A stretch of 64,000 nt of DNA from Camelus dromedarius (lineage: Eukaryota): the NCBI RefSeq assembly GCF_036321535.1, contig NC_087437.1, forward strand, positions 115,818,001-115,882,000, given 5' to 3'. Both the position numbers and the translations under genes were made by a program. Shown one piece after another: positions 33,820 to 45,982 of this stretch (position 1 is its first letter; each line of letters begins with the position of its first letter). Under the pieces are notes generated by a model. It saw nothing but the letters and a program-made list of their open reading frames with translations. It ran no database searches and was not told where the DNA came from.

Positions 33820-36800
33820 TTTTCCAGAGCTCCAGAGAACAGAATCTGAAAATTGCTGTAAGTTGGGGGATTGACTGGGAAGGAACTGGATCCTGAAAAT
33901 TGGGATGGGGACATGTGAGCAGATCCTCATGATTCTGCCCAGTCTTCTTTGCCAGTGGAAGCAACCCTTCTGCCCCCTCTGAGGAGGCTCACCCTGCCTC
34001 GTCTGAAGAACCTGCAGTGGCCTCCCCTGAGGTAGTGGTCTTGCAAGACACTGTGGATTCTTTTCAAGAATTACCCTGCCATTGATATAGACCCACTAGG
34101 CAGACATTCTGGATTCAATATTTTATCTTGAGGGTTAGAAAGGGCTCTAAAAATGTATTTTGGTTGAAACAGACTCAAAAATGGCCAACACTAGATGAAT
34201 TTGGAATGTCAGAACTGCCTGAGTGCACTGTGGAGGATGGCAACCAAAGGCTTCGGACAGACTGAAATGTTCGAGACGAACTACCCTCCGAGACCTGACC
34301 TGCTCACTCACTCAGGGAGGATTCACCGGACACATCTTTCACCAGGAGTGTGAGAAATAAATTGGTGTGGGGAACTCCAGGTCCTTGAAGGGCTCTGTGT
34401 TCGGTCTTCTCTGTGGGGTAGAAATTGCAGTGGTAACTGCTACCGTTGAACTGAGGTCCCTAAGCACAACGAGGTAATTGGATCCCAGGGTGGCAGGAAT
34501 CAAGTGCTGGCGCTTAATTGCAAAGCACAGGTGGTCATGGTTACTGTAAGGGACAGTGAATTCAAAGCGGTAATCATTACAGCCTGGCTCACAGGGACTG
34601 CGGTGTAGCGGGCTGATCATGGTGTCTCTAGACAAGAAGCGGATGAAGAGTCAACTAAATTCTTCCTTGACCTGTATGAGTGGAAGAGCTCTAGGTCTAG
34701 TGAACAGAAGTCTAGGCTGACACAGCAAAACAGAGAGTCGTAGCTCCTGAATCATTTCCCAGATCTGGGTCAGTTTGTAGACCCAGAACCTCTGTAGTCA
34801 AGGAGGGGTGAGGCCCCCAAGAGGAAGGGTCTCAGCGCACTGTCAAACCTTTACACTATTAACCCTTCTCCCAGGCTTCTCCAGAGGGATCTGCAGCCAT
34901 TTACTAGGGTCATTATGCACTGGAGAGAGGAAATAATGAGTTATTTTAGAGTTTACTGATATCAGAACTGATACAGATTCCAGGAGATCCAAAACATCAC
35001 TGTGGTCCACCAGTCAGGGTAGGGGCTTATGGAGTCAGGTGGTCAATGTCAAGTCCATCTCACAGTGGGCTCAGTGGGTCCTGGGACCCACGCTGTGGTT
35101 GTTTCCCCGGTTCTGGAACGCATAATTGGAATAGATAAACCCAGCAACGGGTAGAGTCGCCACACTGGTTTCCTGACCTATGGAGTGAGGGCTTAGGGCA
35201 GGAAAGGTCAATCGGTAGCCGCTAGAATTGCTTTTACCTACGAAAGCAGTAAACCAAGTGTAATATTGCATTTCTGGAGGGACTACAGTGATTAGTGCGA
35301 CCAGTAAGGACTTAAAAGATCCAGTAGTGGTGATTTCCACCACAGCCCCGTTCAACTAGCCTGTTTGTACAGAAGACAGATGTGCCTTGGAGAATGACAG
35401 TGGATTATCAGGAGCTCAGTCAGCTGGTGATTCCAATGGCAGCTGCTGTTCCAGATGTGGTTTTGCTGCTTGAGCAAATTAGCATGTCCCCTGGTATCTA
35501 ATGTGCAGCTACTGATTCGCAAAATGCTTTATTCTCTATACCTGTTAATTAAGATCACCAGAGACAGTTTGCTTTCAGCTAGCGAGACCAGCAGCACACC
35601 TTCCCTGCCCCACCTCAGGGGCAGTAGAGCAACTCTGCAGTCTAACGCCATAGTACTACCTTCGGGGAACTTGGTCACCTCTCCCTCCTGCAGGACACCA
35701 CTCGGATTCGTTAAACTGATGACATTATACTGATTGGACCTGGTGGGCAAGAAGTAGTAACTACTCTAGGCTTGTTGGTAAGATGTTTGCATGCCAGAGG
35801 TTGGGAAATAAATTCCACAAAAAGTTCAGGGCATTTACGCCTTGATGAAGCGTCTAGGGGTCCAGCGGTGCAGGGCATGTCACGGTATCCTTACTAAGGT
35901 GAAGGATAAGTTGTTGCAACTGGTCTCTCCTACAACCGAAAGTAAGGCACAGTGTCTCCTGGGCCTGTTTGGATTTTAGAGGCAACGTGTTTCTTGCTTG
36001 GGTGTGCTATTCTGGTCCGTTTACTGAGTGACCTGAAAAGCTGCGAGTTTATCGTGGGGCCCAGAACAGGAAGCTCTGCAACAGGTCCAGGCTGCCGTAC
36101 AAGCTGTTCTGCCACTCGGACCGTATTTTCCAGTGTAGCTGGTCATGTTTGAAGTGTCGGTGGCAGATAGAGATGCCGTCTGAAGCTGCTGGCTGGCTTC
36201 TACAAGTTGAATCGCAGCGAGGATTCTTACCATTTCATAGCAAAGCCCTGGCATCCTCTGCGGATAACTACTCTCCCTTCGAAATAAAATTTTGGCTTAC
36301 TTCGTAGTGGAGACCAAACACTTAACCATGGGGCACCAAATTACCGTGTGAACTCAGCTGCTCATCATGAATCGGCTTTTGTCTGACCCATGAAGCCATG
36401 AAGCTGGGCGCGCCGAGCAGCACTCCATTATCAGCTGGGAGCGATATACACGAGACGGGTATGAACGAGAGCGCTGTAAATGTCAGTCAGTGCGCCTGGT
36501 TGTTCATTCTGTCTGGAAGGAGAAATGGCCAGAGGTGGGAGGCTGTACAGATTCCTGGGCTGTGGCCAATAGCGTGGCTGGATAGGCAAGGACTTCGAAG
36601 GAACATGACTAGAAAATTGGTGACAAGGAAGCCTGGGAAGAGGTACGTGGATAGAGCTCTCCGAATGGACAAAGGAAGTGAAGATATTTGTGTCCCATGT
36701 AAGTGCTCACCAAAGGGTGACGTCAGCAGAGAAAGATTTTAATAATCAAATGGACAGGATGATCTGTTCTGTGGATACCAGTCAGCCTCTTTCAACCCAG

Positions 36801-36975
36801 TCACCACTGTCATTGCCCAGTGGGCTCATGAACAAAGCGGCCGTGGTGGCAGGGTTGGAGGTTATGCACCAGTCAGAAACTCACAAGGCCAGCTTGTCTG
36901 CAGCCCCCGATGAAAGTTCAGTCTATGAGACGCAGGTTTGTTCAGGGCGGATTCCCCAGTATGGCAGCATTCTAC
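33820..36975 (+). mobile_element. Degenerate ERV-L (HERVL/MERVL-class) internal gag-pro-pol region
   Basis: gag DPENWDGDM motif (about 33888-33915); protease IPGDPKHHCGPPVRVGAYG (about 34976-35033); RT WRMTVDYQELSQLVIPMAAAVPDV (about 35388-35460) and DDIILIG (about 35718); RNase H KIFVSHVSAHQRVTSAEKDFNNQMDRM (from 36678); integrase IAQWAHEQSG (from 36812); many stops and frameshifts. Confidence 0.93.
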
Positions 36976-37384
36976 GGCTGCTAATCTTATTTGAGTATGG
37001 AACACCTTTCCCCTCTCTGGGTACTGCAACACTAGAACTGCAGGAGAGATATTTTAAGAAACACTTAGCCATACGTCTGTGATCCACAGATAAAATTCTG
37101 TTGGGAAGAATCTTATTTCCTAAGCTTGCCTTTTACTTCATCCACATCAAATTAGTCTATGACCCTACTTTTAAAGACATTTATGATAAAAACAAAGAGC
37201 CAAAAATTAGAGTGCTCCAAAATTATACTTGAAAGAAGAATTTTCATACCCTAATCTCAAAAGGATACCCAGCAGGAGCAGCATGCCAAGAGAATTTACC
37301 ATTATTTGCACATGTTATTATGTTGATACCCAATTGGTGAAGCGGAAATCTTCTAGCTTGTACACTTAGGATTCCTTGACAGAA

Positions 37385-37436
37385 ACACACACACACTCAC
37401 ACACACACGTGTGCACATTCATGTGTGTAGACACAC
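37385..37436. repeat. Imperfect (CA)n tract
   Basis: acacacacacactcacacacacacgtgtgcac. Confidence 0.8.
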
Positions 37437-38999
37437 ATTTTATGGTAGAAATCCAGCCAATGTACAGGTTACAGTAGGTGGAAATTGCTTGGTTCTTTTT
37501 TTTTTATTCAGGCACTGAATATTTATTTTAGAATCATCAGTCTCTTAAATTCTACTCTGATTTTTTCCACTAGCGAAAAAAAGCAGCTAAAGCAACGCTG
37601 CAAAATTAAACATTCTAAATGGGTTTAATTTTAAAAGACTAAATTATAAAGCTCTAGGGACTTGAGTGGAATGTGCCGTGATTATGCTGCCACCTTGGTA
37701 TTTTCCAATTTTTATCTGAATAGCATATGTTTCTCTTGCTCCTTGCTATTTCTGGCCGAAGATTTGTGGGAGTTTATTTGGTTTTCTCGTCCTTACGTTT
37801 TACATCTTTTACATTACATTGAAAAAATTTCATTCCCCAGTAAATCTGATAAAGTACATTGAAAACAGGACAAATATGTAATTTTCCTATTTCAGGGGGA
37901 TGAGGATACCTGCCGTCGCTCCTTCCCGCTATGCTGTAGATGCTGCAGCGCAGCATTAACTCAACAGCCATACTGCGAAATGACTGTGTCATCTCAGGGA
38001 AAATGATGAGTTCGTTGGAGAAATCTTTTTCATCCAAATGCAGTAGCAAATTGATAATTAGTGTGAAGCCCTGTTCCTCTGTGCCCAGCTATTGCTCTAA
38101 CAGGCTATTTAGCCTCTCAAGGGCAGTCTCAGGGGCTTATGGGCTTCTGTGTCCTTGGGGGTGTGGCTCACAGTGGACTGTATACAGTAGGAGCTAAATA
38201 ACTGATTGTGGCTGTTGATCCCTGCTGGTTGTTTCTTTCAATTTGTGTTGCCCCAGGGGGTTGCCTTTGAAGGCTGGGCTAGAAAAGTTGAGAGGTGGCA
38301 GGTGGGTCAGAGGCTTCAGGGCTCAGTGGACGCTCTCTGGACATTTCTGTAGCATCCTGGGTGCCCCCGGGCCCATGCTGGGCCGTCACTCCACCTTCCT
38401 GTCTTCATTTTCAAGGGCAGGAGCCGCCGCCATGTCCTGTTTGTTCTTGATCTCCCCAGGACCAGGACAGCTCCTGGTTAGGAAAATGTGGCTGCTCTTT
38501 TCTCCTTCCTGTGAGAAGGGAAGCCCTAAGGCTCTCCTTCAACCTCCTTCACCTCCGGCCTCCCTCCCTCCCCTCCGCAGACCCACAGGAATGTGCGTTC
38601 ACGTGGAGGTGGGGTCTTTGGAGAGGAGGATGATTTGTCGACTTTTCTTTGTAATTTGGACTTTAACACGTTGCACACTGACTTCATCATCTCTAGTTCT
38701 CTCTAGCTGCCCCACGTAGGCACAAAGCAGGCCCCTGCCCAACGCCTACATCAGGGCTGAGAGCACTGGGAATATGGCTCCATCATCATCCCAGGGTTAC
38801 GGCTGATCCATCCCTCCCCAGTTCCCCGATCTGCTCTTGGATTTCTGAAGATTCCTTTTGTAGCTCCAGTTTGAAGCATCCCCTCCAGGTATGCCTCCTT
38901 TCTCCTTGGCCACAGTGTCTTTATTTCGTACAAGAACTCCCTAATTTTCTTTACGCCCAGCCCTCTCTGGGTCATCCTTGTGTGATGATTTTCCTAAAG

Positions 39000-39236
39000 T
39001 TTTTTTTTTTAATCTTATTTTTTATTGAAGTGTAGTTGATTGACAATATTAGTTTCAGGTGTACAGCAAAGTGATTCAGTTATGCATATACATTCATATA
39101 TATATTAATGTTCTTTTCCATTATAGCTTATTACAAGAAATTGAATATAGTTTCCTGTGTTATACAGTAGGTCCTTGTTGTTTATCTGTTTTATATACAG
39201 TAATGTGTATCTATTAATCCCAAACTCTTAATTTAT
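39000..39236 (-). mobile_element. Short 5'-truncated LINE-1 3' UTR (artiodactyl-type)
   Basis: poly-T then ttattgaagtgtagttgattgacaatattagtttcaggtgtacagcaaagtgattcagttat...ttgaatatagtttcctgtgttatacagtaggtccttgttgtttatc. Confidence 0.9.
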
Positions 39237-39337
39237 ACTAAACACCATTTTTTACCACCTATTCCCCTGCTTATCAAACCAACCTTATCTCTGTGGCAGG
39301 ACCCTAAAGAGTTGGATTATCCATGTCTTACTGTTTA

Positions 39338-39510
39338 TAGCACAGCAGTTAAGAGCAAGGATTCTGGAGTCAGAAGGCTGGGTTTGATACCCAGGTCTGC
39401 CCCTGATTAACTGTGTGGCCTCAGCCATGTTTCTTAATCTCTCAGCCTTGTTATCTGTGAAATGACAATAAAGCATTTACTTTATAGGATTGTTTAAGAA
39501 GCTAAATAAT
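39338..39510 (+). mobile_element. MIR SINE
   Basis: gcagttaagagcaaggattctggagtcagaaggctgggtttgatacccagg...tttcttaatctctcagcc...tctgtgaaatg. Confidence 0.8.
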
Positions 39511-41248
39511 TGTTAACAATTGTTTGTGGTGAGAATTTTCGGAGATAATAGCAGCTCACACATACCCAGGGTGACTCTCTTGTTCTCCTAGCAAAGCTCG
39601 CTGCTACCTGCCCCTCCTCCACCTCACCTGCTCAGTCCTGCCTCTGCTGTCCTTTCCCAACGCACAGCTGCGCCTTCCCCAAGTCCTTTGGTGACCTCAC
39701 AATGGTCCGGCTCCTGCATTCAGACCCTTGGGACCTGCGCCTGGTCTGTATCACTCTACCCTTGGATGGTTATATTTGCTTCTTGTATTTTGTCTTCTCA
39801 TGGTTATTGTCTGCGCCATGCATTCCAGCACTTAGAAGAGAGCTAAGCTCATGTTTTTATTATTTTTTATTAAGAACTAAGTATTACACTTAGTTAATTA
39901 AAGGTGAAGAATTGGCATCTTTTAGAAGCTGAATTGCATCTTTAAAGATTAGTATAAAGTGGAGTTAACGGCCACATGTCAGCTGTCACTTCTGGGACTT
40001 GCCTATTTGCTTGAAGGAAACGAAGCGTCTGGTGCAGCAGACTTCTCAATCTGCTCTTTTACCAGTGTTCCTGGTATCTGTTGATAGAAAGAGATGCTTC
40101 ATGGGTGCTCGGAGAGGAATCTTAACCTTTACGGAAGGGAGGCAATGGAACATCACCCTGGACAGTAAGTAGCCTGCAGCCCATTGGACCAGGCGCCCTG
40201 GGCGTCCTTGCTCTCTGCTGGTCAGAGACTTAGGAATGACACCTGTCAGAAGAACAGGAAAATGTTCCTAATGTTCTTAACCATGAAGCTTGTAGCAAAT
40301 GTTTGAAAAGAAGAAGGCAAAACATGACCCAAAGCATTAAGGCCATTTCGCTTTTTCCATTCTAGAAAAAGAACTGTGTTCATCTGTGGCAGGGGTTTTA
40401 TTTGGACAGAAGCTTCCTAGGGCCTGGGGTACAATTTTGTATGCCCGGGCTTGCCTGAGTGAGAATTCCCAAAGGACGGACCTATTCCACCCAACACGTT
40501 GCTGTTTTGTTTTCTTAAGGTCAGCATTTCCATACAGCTGGCTTTTGAGCCGCCTCTGTTTCTAAGTTTCCTGCACTAGCCCTCCAAACATGACTACCTC
40601 TTCCTAGAGAATGTGGAAAGAGAACGCATCACACTTCTGGAGGTGTCCCTCTTTCCCTGTTTTGCATTTTTCTAATTTTATAAAACAAGCTTGTATTATT
40701 TTTAAGATGAAAAAAAAGTCTATATATACATACAAAGGCAGCAACAGCATTGCTTCCGTTCATCAGTCCTTGCTTTTAAATTAACATTAGAGGATTCTGA
40801 GCGTGAGAAACCCCTCGGGCTATCACATCCATCCCAAACTCCTTGGTCAGACTCTTAGGCCCCCAGACTCCGGCCTCTTCTCACATGTTTCTTTTTACAC
40901 GTCAACACCCATCTTCTGTGTGAATTAAGACAATCTCTCCCATTTCCTACATCCCCACCTCTGCAAGTGAAGGACCCTTTGCTCTGCCCTTGCCTGTCCC
41001 TGGTGCCCTTACCTGGATGCACCGGCCTCCCTCCCACCTCTGTGACTCGACCCGCCTTGTCAAAGCTCATCTGTGATTCACAGGACTTTCTTGAACCACC
41101 TGGATCCATCCAGACACAGCTGCCTTTTCTCTGAATTGTCACTGCCCTTTTATTGTTTGCAACAATAACATACTCCTAGCAATATTCCCTTGCATTTGAA
41201 TAGCTCTTTGCAGTTTCCAGAGCATCTTCACACCCACTGCTTCATCTT

Positions 41249-42440
41249 AGGGTTGAAATTAGGGGGAGGAGAGCGAGGTTCTTACTCTCGGGCTCCTGTG
41301 AGCAAGTGCTGAGTTGGATCCTGTCTTTGTTTAAAATGTGGATATTCTGTTCACCATGAATTTTTTTGCATTCATTTTAATTTTTAAAATGTATTGCATT
41401 CAAATGGATTTTTCTTTCTTTTTCTGGCTTATTTAATTTAGAATGACAACCTCCAGGTACATCCATGTCACTGCAAATGGCATTATTTTGTTATTTTTTT
41501 ATGGCTGAGTAGTATTCCATTATATAAATATATCACAACTTCTTTATCCAGTCATCTGTTGATGGACATTTAGGTTGTTTCCATGTTTTGGCTATTGTAA
41601 ATAGTGCTGCTATGAGCATTGAGGTGCATGTATATTTTTGAATTAAGGTTACCTCTGGATATATGCCCAGGAGTGAGATTGCTGGATCATATGGTAAGTA
41701 AGTCTATTTTTAGTTTTTTGAGGAATCTCCATAGTGTTTTCCATAAAGGCTGCACCAAACTACATTCCAACCAGCAGCGTAGGAGGGTTCCCTTTTCTCC
41801 ACAACCTCTCCAGCATTTATCATTCATGGACTTTTAAGTGATGGCCATTCTGACTGGTGTGAGGTGATACCTCATTGTAGTTTTGATTTGCATTTCTCTG
41901 ATAATTAGTGATAGTGAGCATTTTTTCATATGCCTATTGGACCTGGAGATTGTCATTCTAAGTCAAGTAAGCCAGAAAGAGAAAGAAAAATACTATATGA
42001 TAACACTTATATGTGGAATCTAAAAAAAGAGAAAGACAAACTTATTTGCAAAACAGAAACAGACTCACAGACATAGAAAACTGGTTACCAAGGGGGGAGG
42101 GGTGCGGGAAGGGACAAATTGGGAGTTCAAGATTTGCAGATACTAACTAACAAATACAAAATAGATAAACAACAAGTTCACACTGTATAGGACAGGGAAC
42201 TATATTCAATATTTTGTAGTAACTTATGGTGAAAAAGAATATGAAAATGAGTATCTGTATGTTCATGTATGACTGAAGCATTGTGCTGTGCATCAGAAAT
42301 CGACACATTGTAAACTGACTGTCCTTCAATAAATACATATGTAACAAGTGGGATTTGTCTTGATTCCTGAGGTTTTTGGTGCCCTCTTACATTTTGCACC
42401 TGAGCTCAGTGCCTCCTCCCCCGCCCCGGTCCTGACCCTA
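41249..42440. mobile_element. MER96B-like hAT-Tip100 element split by an L1 insertion
   Basis: ggatcctgtctttgtttaaaatgtggatattctgttcaccatgaatttttttgcatt...tattgcatt // atttgtcttgattcctgaggtttttggtgccctcttacattttgcacctgag...gtcctgaccct. Confidence 0.75.
41408..42344 (+). mobile_element. 5'-inverted (twin-primed) LINE-1
   Basis: 41408-41940 is antisense L1 ORF2 end; 41941-42344 is sense ORF2 end plus 3' UTR with aataaa; imperfect TSD caaatggattt / caagtgggattt. Confidence 0.9.
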
Positions 42441-43176
42441 CTCCGTTCAGCCCGTTCAGTGAGGCGGGTCACAGGTGCGTCTCACACACACCGAGACTCC
42501 CTTCTCCCACTTCATTCCGAGTTTTGTGAGGGCAGCTTTGGGCTGACACTATTCTAGTCTTCCCATGTCAACATGGGAGGTACCTGCTGATGGGGTTCCT
42601 TCAAGGTGCAGCAATGCAATTGGGGCCACGTGGGGACCATAAACTGGCAAAAAGCCCGGGCATTGCCCTTGACCTGTCCGTGGGTGCGTCTGCCTGCAGC
42701 CCCGCTGCCCACACGTCCAGGAAGCGGCCTTTCTCTGCTTCAGAAGTTGGGGCTCACTGGGTAAGAGGGTCACAGAGGCGCCTGGGAGAGACGACTTTGA
42801 CTGAGAGCAACTCACTCACAGGAGCTGAGGGAGGTCAAATGTTAGTTGGGTCCTGGAGCTTCTTTTTCAACAGGAAGGGGCTCCTTAAAAGTAAGTGAGT
42901 ATCTCTGTAAAAGACTGTGTGCTGCTGATTCTGGGCCGACTGTAACCTCTGCAGGTTTGCTTGTGTGACTGTGTGGCACTGTGATGACTTTTCTGGAGTC
43001 GCAAATGAAATTATAGCTACTTAAAATCTACTCTTGAAAGAGAAATGACAGCGGATACTGCCACTGTATACTTTGAACATGGCTCTGTTGGAGTCAGTGG
43101 GATTCAGGTCGGCTCGTGGCTGGATTCTTATCCTACCAGGTGTGGAGGCTTCTTATCATTTCACTGCACAGGTGTG

Positions 43177-43178
<2 letters not shown>

Positions 43179-43212
<34 letters not shown>
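43179..43212. repeat. (TG)17 microsatellite
   Basis: Directly visible. Confidence 0.97.
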
Positions 43213-43213
<1 letters not shown>

Positions 43214-43354
43214 ATGTGCGTGTGGAGTTAGAGAAAGATGGGGGTCTCTGACTGCCTACTATTCCTCTGCTCTTCTGGGGTCATTCTGCCTCTTTGAGGA
43301 TTGGAGACAAAGCGTGGATAAGAATGATTTCTTTGAGAGAATAAAATAAAGACT

Positions 43355-43880
43355 GTGAATATCATCCAGCACTAAAAAGAGATGAGTTATCAAGCCATGA
43401 AAAGAGATGGGAGAACCTTAATGCAAATTATTAGGTGAGAGAAGTCAGTCTGCAAGGCTGCATGCTGTGTGTATGATTCCAACTATATGACATTCTAGAA
43501 AAAGCAAAACTATGGAGACAGTAAAAAATATCTGATTACCAAGGGCTACTGGGGGAGAGAGGGATGGAGGGTGGGGTCCAGAGGATTTTGGGGGCAGTGA
43601 AATTGTTCCGTATGACACTATAATGATGGATACGATCATCAAAACCCAGAGAATGTGCAATAAGAAAGGACCCTGATATAACTGGACTGCAGCTGATAAT
43701 CATGTATCAATATTGGTCCATCAAGATTGTTACAGTTGTAACAAATGTACCCCATTAATGCAAGACGTTAATAGTTGGGAAACCTTGAGGTAGGGAGAGA
43801 GGGGGGTACAAGGAAATTCTCTGTATTTTCTGCTCAATTTTTCCGTAGACTGAAAGCTTAAAGTCCATTAATTAAAAAGA
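43355..43880 (+). mobile_element. L1MC-type LINE-1 3' end
   Basis: atcaagccatgaaaagagatgggagaacctt...tgtatgattccaactatatgacattctagaaaaagcaaaactatggagacagtaaaa...tgtaacaaatgtacc. Confidence 0.88.
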
Positions 43881-44824
43881 AAGAAAGAGAGAAAGAAAGG
43901 AACTTGTTTGTCTCATCTTCCAACAAAGGGCTTTAGCTCTAAACAGCGTGTTAGGGAGGGAAGCCCGGTGGGAATGGGGTGAATCACCGCTCCTTCACGA
44001 CACAGCGCATGGAGGCTCCCATCAACCGGGCTCAGAACAGCCCACTTCCCTTTTCCAACCCACCACCCGGTCTGCATTTCATCAAATGGGATTTTCAATA
44101 ATGTGGAGATTGATGGAAGCTTCTTGACATGGCCAATGTCCCCTGGAGATGTCAAGTTCCATCTCTCCTTTGCTGAGTTTCTGAGCTGCCTCGGTTGTAT
44201 GACAAATATTTTTGCTCACAAGCACAATCCAAACCTTGGGAGACACTGAGGTGAGAAGGCAGACAGGGAAGTGTTCTCAGAGCCTCGAAGTGTTAGACTG
44301 AGAAAGAAGGAAAGTGTTTACGCCCGTGACACAGTAGACTTGAGAGGTCAGTCTCCTCGCTGTAGTCAGAGCCAGGATTTCTTGCTAATGAAATATGTGC
44401 CTCATACTTGCAGAGGGGCCCACATGCGTGGATGAAAGCTATGCTGATGAGAACATGACGACAGTGACAGCCACCAATGTTTCCCACGAGCCCGATGCCA
44501 GTCTAAGTGGTTCATACACATAAACCTATTGAATCATGACATCTGAGGCGAGGTCTGCCAGCACCCCATTCCCCAGCTGAGAAAACTGCTGCCAGATTCA
44601 GCTGCTTGGATTAGACCGCAGAGTCAGTAGGAAGCAGAACAGCATCCACACCCACTCTCCCAGCTCAGGACCACGGCCTTGCCCCAAACCACGGAGCCAC
44701 TGATTGACCCCTGCTGACAGGTGACAGCTGTGGGCCCAGCACTGCCCAGCCCACAGGGCCAGAGAGCACACGGGTTCTGCCTGGAAACACCCAAACACAT
44801 TATATATAAAAGAAACATTCACGC

Positions 44825-45289
44825 TGTGGGGAACTGAGGAAGGGCCTCCCCAGGTGTCTGGTCCAAATCCCCAGAGCCTGGTGAATAGAGGATCGTGCTT
44901 GTTAAAAGGGACTTTGCATTCAATTAAGCTCAGGACATTGAGATGGAGACATTATCTGGGATTAGCCACATGGGCCTAGTGTCATCTTCGCTTTGCAACA
45001 GCGAAGCAGGAAGGTCAGCGTCAGAGAGACAGACAGACAGACGGACGGAGAAAGCAGAAGCAGAGGTCAGAACACTGCGAGGCCACAAGCCACAGAATGT
45101 GGGCAGCCTCTGGAAGCTGGAAATAGTAAGAAAAAAGGATTTTCCCTGAGAGCTTCCAAGAGGAACCAGTCCTACTGACACCTTGATTTGAGGACTTCTG
45201 CCTCCAGAACTGTAAGAGCCTAAATCTGTGTGGTTTTAAGCCACTGACTGAGTGGTAATTTCTTACAGGAGCAACAGGAAACTGATACA
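44825..45289 (+). mobile_element. MaLR LTR (MLT1D-like)
   Basis: aaaagggactttgca...ttgagatggagacattatctgggatta...gcagcctctggaagctggaaa...tgtggttttaagccactg...gcaacaggaaactgataca. Confidence 0.88.
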
Positions 45290-45572
45290 TGTACATAAAA
45301 CACGCACACGTAATACACGCACACACATCCTCACAGGCATTTCTGCTGAGCTCGCTGGCTCTGGCTCCCAGTCCTCTCTCCAACCTCTTGAGGTCTGACT
45401 CCTCAGGGTGGCTGACCTCCCTTCCTGCCCATGACTCCTCCTTGTGCCCACCTGGGGGCCCTATTGCAAGGACCTGCTGGAAGACTGCTCTGTCCGTGGA
45501 CCCTCCCGCTCACAGTCAGACCCAGCCCTCTGCCTCTGATGCTAGAGGAAGTCTGGGCTTACAACGGCCATG

Positions 45573-45982
45573 TGTAGCGGCGTGAACAGTGCCTCCCAAA
45601 GGCATGTCCATCTAGGACCTCAGAATATGACTTAATGGAAATAGAGTCTTTGCAGATTTAATTAAGTATCTTGAGATAAGATCATCCTGGATTTCTTAAT
45701 TGTCCTTTTGAGGAGAGGAAGGGGCACAGAGACTGAGAGAAGCAGCCATGGGAAGACAGAGGCAGAGAGGGGAGCGACATGGCCACAAACCAAGGAATGC
45801 CAGAAGCCACCAGAGACTAGAGGAGGCAAAGCAGGTTCTCCTCTAGGGGCTTTGGAGGCAGTGAGGCCCTGATGACAACTTGATTTTGGATTTCCGGCCT
45901 CCAGAACTGGGAGAGGATCAATTTCTGTTGTTTTCAGCCACCAAGTTTGTGCGATTTGTTACTGCCGCCCTGGGAAGCAAAT
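45573..45982 (+). mobile_element. MaLR LTR (MLT1C-like)
   Basis: ggacctcagaatatgacttaatggaaatagagtctttgcagat...ccaaggaatgccagaagccaccagag...tttctgttgttttcagccaccaagtttgtg. Confidence 0.88.

Noticed and set aside
36678..37082. 134-aa ORF as a domesticated retroviral gene
   Set aside because: Only the first ~40 aa are in the ERV-L pol frame; it starts at GTG, then frameshifts and runs out of the element.
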